23,448 nt of DNA from positions 1 to 23,448 of the forward strand of contig JBHHYI010000056.1 of NCBI GenBank assembly GCA_046757525.1. The letters are read 5' to 3'. The position numbers and the translations under genes are program-made. This DNA comes from a bacterium (GTDB lineage Bacteria > Zhuqueibacterota > Zhuqueibacteria > Oceanimicrobiales > Oceanimicrobiaceae). Position 1 is the first letter of the stretch. Each line of letters begins with the position of its first letter. The notes under the pieces are model-generated. The model was not told where the DNA came from and made no database searches. It was given only the letters and a program-made list of their open reading frames with translations. Positions 9,484 to 17,166 of the stretch are shown piece by piece.

Positions 9484-9522
9484 CGTCATTTCGATCCGGC
9501 AGCCGCCGGATTCGGAATGACG
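9484..9522. repeat. GTCATT...AATGAC REP-like palindrome
   Basis: CGTCATTTCGA-TCCGGC-agcc-GCCGGA-TTCGGAATGACG. The ends resemble the units inside the MITE at 11432-11568. Confidence 0.7.
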
Positions 9523-9547
9523 GTTGGCGTCAGGGACAACCATGGTA

Positions 9548-9653
9548 GTCGTCCTGAGTAGTCCCGACCGCTTTTGGGTCGGGACATATCGAAGGGCGAC
9601 GCCCGTCACCCCTCGGTACGGTACCTTGAACAACAGCATCTACTCGGGATGAC
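9548..9653. repeat. Branched palindromic element
   Basis: Outer arms GTCGTCCTGAGTAG / CTACTCGGGATGAC (12/14, both differences G-U compatible). Inner perfect stem GTCCCGACC/GGTCGGGAC. Second imperfect inner stem CATATCGAAGGG/CCCCTCGGTACG. Confidence 0.7.
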
Positions 9654-9695
9654 TCGCCGTTTACTGGTTAACAAACAGATCAAGACAGTACTCTG

Positions 9696-9795
9696 CAACG
9701 AATTCACAGATGAGGTTCAATGTGCTAAAAGTTACTAAAGGCGCTCATCGGTGTTAATCCGTGGCTCAACACTTGGGTTGCGGCTTCGCCGCGCT
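9696..9795. repeat. Second copy (inverted) of the cap + CACGGAT inverted-repeat family seen at 94-253
   Basis: Arms 9696-9713 and 9745-9764 are imperfect inverted repeats. The cap TTGCGGCTTCGCCGCGCT is at 9778-9795. Confidence 0.65.
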
Positions 9796-9809
9796 GGGTT
9801 CTTCAGCGT

Positions 9810-10646
9810 TCAGTCGTCGAATTTAGGGTTACCTTGTTGGACTGAGTCACGGATGAATGTCAGCAACTTGTCGAAATAAGGTTGCCCACCCACCGCGTAG
9901 GTGTTGTTGTGGTCGGCGCCTGGAATGGGATAAAACTCTTTGGGTTCATTGGCCGCGTCGAAGAGGCGCCGTCCCAGGCGAAACGGTACCGTTTGGTCTT
10001 TGATGCCGTGCAGCACCAGGAGAGGCACGCGGACTGAAGAGATCTTGTCGATCGCATTCAATTTGGTTTTGATAATCCATGACACAGGCAGGAGGCCGAA
10101 AGCAGACCTGGCCATGTCTTTTGCGGAAGTAAATGTGGATTCCAAAATCATGGCGGCGCAGGCTCTCCTGGTAGCCAGGTCCACGGCCACAGCTCCACCC
10201 AAAGAGCGACCGAAAACCACAATGGTTTTTGCATCCATATCGGGTCGAGAAACCAGGTAGTCAAACGCGGCTTCCGCATCGAGATAAAGCCCATGCTCGT
10301 CGGGCCTGCCTGTGCTCTTGCCGTAACCGCGATAATCGAAGATGAAGATGTTGACGGGTAGCTGGTGCAGCTTGTCCAAATTGTCCAAACGGTCGCTGAT
10401 GTTGCCGGCATTACCGTGACACCAGAGGAGCGTTGCCATAGCCTGGTCCTTGGCAAAATACCACCCGTGCAGCCTTTCGCCATCTGGTGTGGTGAAATAA
10501 CAGTCTTCAGGCTGCAGGCCGAAGGTTTCCGGGTGCCAGTAACCCTGCGGATATTTTAACGGAAAGTATATGAATTTGCTCTCAGTGAAGCGAATGACGA
10601 AAGCAAACAGGGCGAGAAGGATGATTGCCGCAATTAAGAATTTCAT
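9810..10646 (-). CDS. Alpha/beta hydrolase (ABHD13/Bem46-like) with N-terminal membrane anchor
   Basis: HGNAGN, DYRGYG, nucleophile GRSLGG, HGIKD, ADHN. ATG at 10646 (MKFLIAAIILL) is preferred over the GTG at 10700. Confidence 0.9.
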   Translation of the reverse strand: MKFLIAAIILLALFAFVIRFTESKFIYFPLKYPQGYWHPETFGLQPEDCYFTTPDGERLHGWYFAKDQAMATLLWCHGNAGNISDRLDNLDKLHQLPVNIFIFDYRGYGKSTGRPDEHGLYLDAEAAFDYLVSRPDMDAKTIVVFGRSLGGAVAVDLATRRACAAMILESTFTSAKDMARSAFGLLPVSWIIKTKLNAIDKISSVRVPLLVLHGIKDQTVPFRLGRRLFDAANEPKEFYPIPGADHNNTYAVGGQPYFDKLLTFIRDSVQQGNPKFDD

Positions 10647-10774
10647 CAATAAAGCAATTCGACTTTGCAACCTTGTGAAGACGCGGCTACTTTGTGGCAC
10701 GATGTGGAATAGGGTGTTTTCCCACGGGAAAAAGGGTCACTCCAGAATTCAAGGAGGCGTGTGTTTAAGCTTGC

Positions 10775-10803
10775 AAAAAAGGCTCCCACAAGAGAGCCTT
10801 TTT
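10775..10803 (-). terminator. Intrinsic terminator downstream of tpx (potentially bidirectional)
   Basis: AAAAAGGCTC-ccacaaga-GAGCCTTTTT with T-runs on both strands, about 30 nt past the tpx stop. Confidence 0.75.
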
Positions 10804-10833
10804 GTGATCGTCTCAAAGAAATGTCCGTGTGCC

Positions 10834-11355
10834 TTAAGTGGTCACATGGCGCACCGTGTCTACCACCGCATCGTAGTTGGGGTGCTCGCCAACTTCAGGG
10901 ACGTATTCCACGTATTTCAAAGTGTCGTTGTCATCCACCAAAAACACGGCGCGGCTTAGCAAGCGCAGCTCCTTGATCCAGGTGCCGTAAGCTGTGCCAA
11001 AACTCATATCGCGGTGGTCAGACAAGATTTTGACGTTGTGCACATCCGCCACGCCGCACCACCTCTGCTGTGCGAAGGGAAGGTCGCAACTGATGGTGTA
11101 CACGATCACCTGGTCAGGAAAAGTTATCGACTCGGTGTTAAAGCGTCTCGTCTCCGCATCGCAAACCGGTGTGTCTAAAGAAGGCACAGACAAAAACAAG
11201 CGAACTTTGCCCTTGTCGGTCTCCAGGTTCACTTCAGACAAATTGTTGTCTAGTACTGTAAAATTGGGGGCTTTGTCACCCACTGTTAATTCAGGCCCAA
11301 TAAGGGTTAACGGATTTCCTTTGAACGTTGTACCACCTACTCTTTCTACCGGCAT
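10834..11355 (-). CDS. tpx: Thiol peroxidase (atypical 2-Cys peroxiredoxin)
   Basis: TFKGNP, SVPSLDTPVC (peroxidatic Cys), DLPFAQQRWC (resolving Cys), LSRAVF. SD AAGGAG before ATG 11355. Confidence 0.95.
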   Translation of the reverse strand: MPVERVGGTTFKGNPLTLIGPELTVGDKAPNFTVLDNNLSEVNLETDKGKVRLFLSVPSLDTPVCDAETRRFNTESITFPDQVIVYTISCDLPFAQQRWCGVADVHNVKILSDHRDMSFGTAYGTWIKELRLLSRAVFLVDDNDTLKYVEYVPEVGEHPNYDAVVDTVRHVTT

Positions 11356-11431
11356 CAAAACCTCCTTACTCTTAGACCCGTGCGAAGCTTTTCAAGGCAA
11401 ACAACAACCTTAACGAATTATTAGATTTTAG

Positions 11432-11568
11432 GTAACTATTCAGCCTGTCATTCCCGAGTGCTTTTATCGGGAATCATAAGTCATGCGACCTCCAACCTAT
11501 TCTGAACGTCAGCAAAGCGTGGATTCCTGCTTAAAATATGCAGGAATGACGACAGGCTGAATAGTTAC
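11432..11568. mobile_element. 137-bp MITE with 18-bp perfect TIRs and 8-bp target-site duplication
   Basis: GTAACTATTCAGCCTGTC (11432-11449) is the exact reverse complement of 11551-11568. GATTTTAG flanks both sides directly (11424-11431 and 11569-11576). No ORF inside. Confidence 0.9.
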
Positions 11569-11583
11569 GATTTTAGAATAACC

Positions 11584-11612
11584 AATATATAGGTTTTGGG
11601 GTTGTCATGCAA
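11584..11612 (-). promoter_or_regulatory. Putative sigma70 promoter of tpx
   Basis: Minus strand TTGCAT (11612-11607), 17 nt, TATATT (11589-11584). The -35 box is bracketed by a TTGTC/GACAA inverted repeat. Confidence 0.6.
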
Positions 11613-11619
11613 GACAATT

Positions 11620-12087
11620 CTATTCGGCATCGATTATTTTTACGTCACAAGGCGCCTGTTCCTGAATGGTCTTGACGGCCGAACCAAAGATCAAACGCGA
11701 GAGATTGGAACGCTTGCGCCGTGTGATGAGAATCAAATCCGGCTTTTCCAAATGCGCCAGACGCAAGGACTGGGTTGCAAGGGAGCCGCTTCTGATAATC
11801 GACCGCACTGGTACGTGCTGTTCCTTTGCCATCTTCTCGATTTCTAAGGTTGTCTCCTCTGCCTGCAATTTGTATTCTTTCAGCAGCGAATCATAAAGCT
11901 GGTCCGAAGGTTTGCCGCCGATCCAGCCTTCATCGGTCAATTTGTGGACGATCTTTTCGGCGTATTCGATGTCCAAAACGAAAAAAACCAGCAATTCCGC
12001 CTTCATCTTTTTGGCCAGGCCGATGGCTGTTGCAATCGTTTTGGGAGAGCTTCTCAGAAAAGAGAGAATGAGCAAGATTTTTTTCAT
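11620..12087 (-). CDS. Universal stress protein (USP)
   Basis: 155 aa. MKKILL start, DLILI, and C-terminal LIFGSAVKTIQEQAPCDVKII characteristic of UspA-like proteins. Confidence 0.88.
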   Translation of the reverse strand: MKKILLILSFLRSSPKTIATAIGLAKKMKAELLVFFVLDIEYAEKIVHKLTDEGWIGGKPSDQLYDSLLKEYKLQAEETTLEIEKMAKEQHVPVRSIIRSGSLATQSLRLAHLEKPDLILITRRKRSNLSRLIFGSAVKTIQEQAPCDVKIIDAE

Positions 12088-12095
12088 AACGCTTC

Positions 12096-13523
12096 CTAAA
12101 ATTTAAGACCAATGAGCGGCCAATAAAAGTAAATCGACAAACCGAAAACAAGCCAGGCAATGACTTTCAAATACATTCCCCCCAGCAGCGTGTCGCGGAT
12201 TCTTAAGTAGCCCGAGGAAAAGGCGATGGCGGTTGCCGGCGTGCCCATGGGCAGTTGAAATGCCAGGCCAGACGGAATGGTCAACACCAGCGTCATGACC
12301 CTTGGGTCTAAATTAGAATCTGCAGCAAACCCCAGGGCCAAGGGCATCATCAAAGCGACAACTGCGGTGTTGCTGATGGCTTCGGTTAAGAACAGAGCGA
12401 GGAAGGAGATCGACAGGACCAGCCCCCAGGTTGAGTGCACGAAATGTCCCAGGGTCTGTGCGGCCAGCCACTGAGCGGCCCCGGTTTTTGCCATGGCGAA
12501 TCCTAAGCAGATGGCGCCGCCGTACATCAAAAAAATGCCCCAGTTCACATCCTCTTCGACTTCTTTCCAATCTAACAGTTTGAAAGCAAAGGCCACGACC
12601 ACAGAGGCGATGGCAATGTTGGCCAGGCCCAAAGATTTGCCGGCCACGATCCACAAAACGATCGTCACCAACATCAGCACGCCGACGGCACGTTCCCTCG
12701 GAGTCATGCGACCCATGCGCAACTGCTTTCTCTTGAGGGCGATCAAGGCCTCCTCAATGTTCTGAACTTCAGGTGGGAACATCTTCATCAGCAAAAAATA
12801 GACGACCAGGATCATGATCACCACGGTTGGCAAAGCCGCCAGCATCCAATGGAAAAAGTCGATGCTCATTTGGGTGTTTTGGTGCAAAATGCCAACAGCC
12901 AGCGGCGCCCGCGCCCCGCCTAAAAAGGTCGCAATGCCGCCGACGATGGCCCCCCAGGCCATGGCCAGAAACAGGCCCTTGCCGTACCGGCTTTGCAGCG
13001 GAGGCAATCTTAGCGCGTCAACCACTTCGAAAACGATGGGGAACATCATGGCGGCCACCGCGTGGGCCGACATCCAGAAGGAAAGAAACGCTGACAAACA
13101 CAAAAATCCCAACAACAATGATCGAGGCGACTTGCCGAAATTCTGCAAAGACAGCAATGCCAGGCGGGTACTCAAACCAGACCGCAGGATCCCCGAAGCT
13201 AAAATGAAAGCCCCTAAGATGAAAAAGATCGCTTCGTTGCCGAAAAGGGCGTAGGACTCCGAAGCTGTCAAAACTCCGGTGAGGGGAAACAAAATGACAG
13301 CCATGAGGCTGGTGATCATCAAAGGCATGGCATGGGTAACCCACAGCAGGATGCAAACGACGAAGATTGCCAGCGACTTTTGACCTTGTGGCGTCAGACC
13401 CTCCGGCGTGGGAAGATGCGTGATGAGGAAAAACAGGAAGCCCGCCGACAACAAAATAGCCGGGCGCGCCCAGGTTTTGAGCGCCTGGCTAATGCCGATT
13501 CGTCTGTTTGCGCCATGACCCAT
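12096..13523 (-). CDS. SLC13/DASS family sodium-coupled anion (dicarboxylate/sulfate) symporter
   Basis: 475 aa, hydrophobic. SGLSTRLAL, GGIATFLGGA, VNWGIFLMYGGAICLG, TEAISNTA (SNT motif), LPMGTPA. Confidence 0.92.
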   Translation of the reverse strand: MGHGANRRIGISQALKTWARPAILLSAGFLFFLITHLPTPEGLTPQGQKSLAIFVVCILLWVTHAMPLMITSLMAVILFPLTGVLTASESYALFGNEAIFFILGAFILASGILRSGLSTRLALLSLQNFGKSPRSLLLGFLCLSAFLSFWMSAHAVAAMMFPIVFEVVDALRLPPLQSRYGKGLFLAMAWGAIVGGIATFLGGARAPLAVGILHQNTQMSIDFFHWMLAALPTVVIMILVVYFLLMKMFPPEVQNIEEALIALKRKQLRMGRMTPRERAVGVLMLVTIVLWIVAGKSLGLANIAIASVVVAFAFKLLDWKEVEEDVNWGIFLMYGGAICLGFAMAKTGAAQWLAAQTLGHFVHSTWGLVLSISFLALFLTEAISNTAVVALMMPLALGFAADSNLDPRVMTLVLTIPSGLAFQLPMGTPATAIAFSSGYLRIRDTLLGGMYLKVIAWLVFGLSIYFYWPLIGLKF

Positions 13524-13538
13524 TTTCGGTGCGTCGCC

Positions 13539-14375
13539 TCAAGTCCAATCGATGAATTGCCTGCGCCTGGCTGGTTGGCAGGCAGGACAGAAAAAGGAAT
13601 CGTGTCCCAGAACACCGGTTCTGCGAATGGTGGTGCCACACTCGGGACACGGCTGATTGGCGCGGTTGCGCACTTTGAGATGGCCTCGCACTTTGACCTC
13701 AATGGGCTGCTGTGCCTTCTCCACCTCCTGAATTCCCCATTGCATGACCTGCCGGGTGCTGCTAAACAGCCGCTCAATTTCAGTCGTGTTAAGCTGGTTG
13801 CACGTGGTTTTGGGATGAATACGGGCGTGAAAGAGAATCTCGTCGGCGTAGGCGTTGCCGATGGCACTGAGCACTGTCTGATCCATCAGGAACACCCGAA
13901 CCTGGTGCCGGCGCTTGTGGATGCGCTGAGCAAAGGCTTTTAGGGTAAAGTCGTCGCTCAAAATGTCGAGGCCTTGTTGCAGAAATTTTGGGATACGCTC
14001 ATAATCGCCAGCCTGGACCACGTAGAGTTTGCCCATTTTCTTGTCGTCCAGATAGTGGAGCGCATGCGCATCGTCTAACTCGAAAGTGCAGCACAATCCA
14101 CGCGCCGGTTTGTGGTCTTGAGAAATGAACTGCAGCCTACCAGCCAACATGAAATGGCAAATCAATTCGATTTTTGCATCGAAGGTGAAACACAGAAACG
14201 GGCCGTGCCGACGAATGGCCTCGAAACGACTGCCGGTCAGGGCGGCTTCTACGCCGTCGGGAACCAGGATGCGAAACACAATAGGCTCTTTTATTTTTAG
14301 TCCGGCAATTTTCTTGCCTGGCGAGAAACTGTTGAGCTGCTTTTCAAGGTAAACCAAGTCGGGAAGTTCAGGCAT
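13539..14375 (-). CDS. Fpg/Nei family DNA glycosylase/AP lyase (atypical)
   Basis: N-terminal MPELPD, H2TH motif LMDQTVLSAIGNAYADEILF, zinc finger CPEC...CPACQ. Confidence 0.92.
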   Translation of the reverse strand: MPELPDLVYLEKQLNSFSPGKKIAGLKIKEPIVFRILVPDGVEAALTGSRFEAIRRHGPFLCFTFDAKIELICHFMLAGRLQFISQDHKPARGLCCTFELDDAHALHYLDDKKMGKLYVVQAGDYERIPKFLQQGLDILSDDFTLKAFAQRIHKRRHQVRVFLMDQTVLSAIGNAYADEILFHARIHPKTTCNQLNTTEIERLFSSTRQVMQWGIQEVEKAQQPIEVKVRGHLKVRNRANQPCPECGTTIRRTGVLGHDSFFCPACQPARRRQFIDWT

Positions 14376-14379
14376 AGCA

Positions 14380-15300
14380 TTATTTCAAAGAAAGAAGCCG
14401 GGCAACATTGTCCCCCAAAATGGCTTTTTGCTCCTTGTCCGGAATCTGAAGCTCTTGAAGAATGGCAAGCTGCTGGTCGAAGATGTCCTTGCGCCAGCCG
14501 CGCGGGAAGTAGGATGAGTCCGTGCCGAACAAGAGGCGCCCGGGTCCCAGCACCTCTAACGATTGTTCGAAGACTTGTTTGAGCGTTAGAGGCGGCTGGA
14601 TCCATGAGTTGGAGCTCGAGGTGTCGAAGTAGACATTTTTGCATTGCGCGGCAACTTCCAGCGCCTCCTGGAAACGCCCACAGCCAAAATGGGGAATGAT
14701 AAAATTCACTTCCGGGAAATCGCTGGCGGACTTCTGCAGATCCCGTGGATTGGCGTACGCTAAATCGACGTTGTCCGGCAATCCCAGTTTTTGAAACACT
14801 GGCAGCTTGAACAAACCAAAATGGATAAACACCGGTACTTCGGCAGCCGCCGCCTCCTCAAAAATCGGGTAGACCGCCTCCTCGTAGGCATGAAAATGAT
14901 GCATGGCCGGAAACAGCAGCACGCCTTTCATGCCTAAAATGTGCAAGGAATAATGCGTCTGTTCCCGCGCTTTGGGTAGCTTAGGATCGAGCAAGACGTA
15001 ACCGATGAGCCGTTCTGGATTTACCTCGAGCGCCGCGGACAGGAATTCCGCGTCGCCTAATTTGCTGGCAAATAGCACCTGCCCTTTTAACCCGTATTTT
15101 TCCTGCTCTTCGACCCAGCGTTTCCCCAAATCATGCGGTTCCCTGGTCGGGGCCTCCCAACCGAGCTTCTGCGCCAGGGCCTCAACGCCGCCCCCGGATG
15201 GAAATTGGTTTTGGGCTAACTCGTAAAACTGGTAAAACCAACCGTAAGAAAAGAAATGGGTGTGGGCGTCGATGATGTCGAACTTGAGTTTCTTGAGCAA
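14380..15300 (-). CDS. Amidohydrolase family protein (Amidohydro_2 TIM barrel)
   Basis: IIDAHTH, VFIHFG, IIPHFG, NVYFDTS, LLFGTDS, ILGDN. SD GGAGG before the TTG start. Confidence 0.9.
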   Translation of the reverse strand: MLKKLKFDIIDAHTHFFSYGWFYQFYELAQNQFPSGGGVEALAQKLGWEAPTREPHDLGKRWVEEQEKYGLKGQVLFASKLGDAEFLSAALEVNPERLIGYVLLDPKLPKAREQTHYSLHILGMKGVLLFPAMHHFHAYEEAVYPIFEEAAAAEVPVFIHFGLFKLPVFQKLGLPDNVDLAYANPRDLQKSASDFPEVNFIIPHFGCGRFQEALEVAAQCKNVYFDTSSSNSWIQPPLTLKQVFEQSLEVLGPGRLLFGTDSSYFPRGWRKDIFDQQLAILQELQIPDKEQKAILGDNVARLLSLK

Positions 15301-15326
15301 AATTGCCTCCGATTTGTTGGGAGTCT

Positions 15327-15355
15327 AAGGTACAAAAAATGAGAAACCGTTTCAA
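15327..15355 (-). promoter_or_regulatory. Putative sigma70 promoter of the amidohydrolase-Fpg-DASS-USP unit
   Basis: Minus strand TTGAAA, 17 nt, TACCTT, about 27 nt above the start codon. Confidence 0.45.
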
Positions 15356-15479
15356 GGGGAATATGAGTGGATCTGGTTGTGGCGGTTCAGCGGGAAAGTT
15401 GCAGCGATGAAATCGCGGCTGTGTGAATGGATTTTCGAAGCAGGCGTAGGCGAATTACAAAGAAGGCTACCCATCTTCA

Positions 15480-15796
15480 TCATTTAGGACCATTCCGAAA
15501 CGCCTCCTTGAGCAGACAGTGAAAGTGGTAGACCCCCTGTTCACACTTGACGGAGAAGCGGCCGCGGTCGCAGGCGTCAGGCCCTTTTGCACGTGCTCGC
15601 AAATCTCAATGTCCTCCTGTTGCACCTGGCCGACGTTGCCCACATATTGCCAGGTTCGCGCAAGGACAGATGCTTTTTCAAATTCATGAAAGCGCGGATG
15701 CACATACCAACTCGAGGGAATGGTCTCCGCGCGTTCCAGTGGCACAGCTTGCAAGGCCTGCTCGCTAAAATCCGGCAGCTCCAACCTTTTTTCCAT
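15480..15796 (-). pseudogene. Internally deleted Rieske oxygenase alpha subunit (choline monooxygenase-like)
   Basis: The N-terminus (LERAETIPSSWY...FEKASVLARTWQYVG) joins directly to the C-terminal QQEDIEICEHVQKGL. After a frameshift near 15575 it reads ACDRGRFSVKCEQGVYHFHCLLKEAFRNGPK*. No CxH/CxxH Rieske motif remains. Confidence 0.85.
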
Positions 15797-15817
15797 TTCG
15801 ATTTTTCCGCTCAATGG

Positions 15818-16615
15818 TTATGGGTTGACAACTGCCACAATCCGCAACGGTCCGCCGCTACCGCCCTCGACCTTCATGGGCAAAGCAATCACGGTAAACC
15901 CTGCCGCGGGAAGCTGATCCAGGTTGGCCAGGTTCTCAAATCCCGGAATGTTGCTGCCGTACAAGATTACGTGACATTCAAACAGGGTCGACTGGCCGTA
16001 GTCGATGCTCGCGGTGTCCAGACCGAGGGCTTTGATGGAACGGTTTTTCACCAGCCACCGGGCGGCGTCCGGATGAAGGCCGGGAAAGTGCAGCTTGGCC
16101 ACGGCTTCCGGCCCGCGTTCGTCGGTGCCAAGGTATTTGATTTTGTCCGGCCAGTGCTTGCCGAAGCCGGTGCGCAGCAAGACGATGGCGTCATCGATGG
16201 TACGGCCGTGCTGCTTTTCCCAATGGAGGAAGTCGTCGACTTGCACACGGTAATCGCGGTCAGCCGCACATTTGTCTGACACGTCGACGACCACACCTTC
16301 TCCAATCAACCGCGTCAAGGGAATGGCGTCCACCGTGGTACCACTTTTGGAAAAATGGCTCGGGGCGTCGATGTGGGTGCCGCCGTGCTCCGAGGCGCTA
16401 AAGTTGTTGGTGGTGTAGTAGTACCCGCCATCGGCAACCCCGTCAAACACCTTTTCCAGATGAAACGCTTTGGCCGTGGGCCAGTAAATCGTCGTCTCGC
16501 CGAAAGAGTGGGTGAGGTCTATGATTTTGCCCGACGGAAAATCGGCTTTGGGGGAAGTGCAGCCGATGAGGCACAAAATGCCGACCAACCCAAGGACAGC
16601 GTTTAGCGTTTTCAT
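15818..16615 (-). CDS. Cyclase family (kynurenine formamidase-like) metal hydrolase, predicted lipoprotein
   Basis: IIDLTH, EHGGTHIDAPSHF, VLLRTG, GLDTASID, ENLANL, GGSGGPLR. SD GGAGG before ATG 16615. Signal peptide ends in lipobox LIGC. Confidence 0.9.
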   Translation of the reverse strand: MKTLNAVLGLVGILCLIGCTSPKADFPSGKIIDLTHSFGETTIYWPTAKAFHLEKVFDGVADGGYYYTTNNFSASEHGGTHIDAPSHFSKSGTTVDAIPLTRLIGEGVVVDVSDKCAADRDYRVQVDDFLHWEKQHGRTIDDAIVLLRTGFGKHWPDKIKYLGTDERGPEAVAKLHFPGLHPDAARWLVKNRSIKALGLDTASIDYGQSTLFECHVILYGSNIPGFENLANLDQLPAAGFTVIALPMKVEGGSGGPLRIVAVVNP

Positions 16616-16689
16616 GATTTCCCTCCGAAAATGTAAGTCCGAAAAAGAAAGCATTATTTTCTCAGTTCATCTGCGGCGGCAAGCCCCTC

Positions 16690-17136
16690 TCACTTATTCA
16701 GCCCGGTCGAGCCAAAACCACCTTCTCCCCGTTGGGTTTGCGAGAGCTGTTCCACCACTCGAAATTGTGCGCAAGCCACCGGCGCTACCACCAGTTGCGC
16801 AATCTTTTGACCAGCCTTAATCTCATAAGATTCAGAGCTTAAATTCACCAGAATCACTTTGATTTCACCGCGGTAACCGTAGTCGATGGTGCCCGGTGTA
16901 TTGAGAACGGTAATACCATGATTCAGGGCCAACCCGCTTTTGGGCCGCACTTGCAATTCAAAGCCCCGGGGGACTTCAGCAGCAAGGCCGGTAGGAATGG
17001 CTTCCCTTTGCATCGGTGCCAGAGTGCAATCGATGGCGGCAAACAGGTCAGCGCCGGAGTCGCCTTGGTGGGCGTATTCCGGAAGATGCGCTTCAGGGCA
17101 CAGCGCTTTGATTTTCACTACGCAGTTGTGCGGCAT
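16690..17136 (-). CDS. dut: dUTP diphosphatase (trimeric dUTPase)
   Basis: All five motifs present: SGADL, RPKSGLA, GTIDYGYRGE, KIAQL, RGEGGFGSTG. Confidence 0.97.
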   Translation of the reverse strand: MPHNCVVKIKALCPEAHLPEYAHQGDSGADLFAAIDCTLAPMQREAIPTGLAAEVPRGFELQVRPKSGLALNHGITVLNTPGTIDYGYRGEIKVILVNLSSESYEIKAGQKIAQLVVAPVACAQFRVVEQLSQTQRGEGGFGSTGLNK

Positions 17137-17166
17137 GTGCAATTCCTCTGAGTTAATCTGGCAATT

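Noticed and set aside
9442..9639. Small ORFs in intergenic repeat regions (also 226-411, 9278-9475, 22084-22347, 23070-23255)
   Set aside because: They run through palindromic repeats or promoter DNA and show no protein motifs.
9308..9809. CRISPR array or tRNA/ncRNA gene
   Set aside because: There are no regularly spaced identical direct repeats, no cas genes and no cloverleaf or T-loop motif. The elements are inverted repeats.
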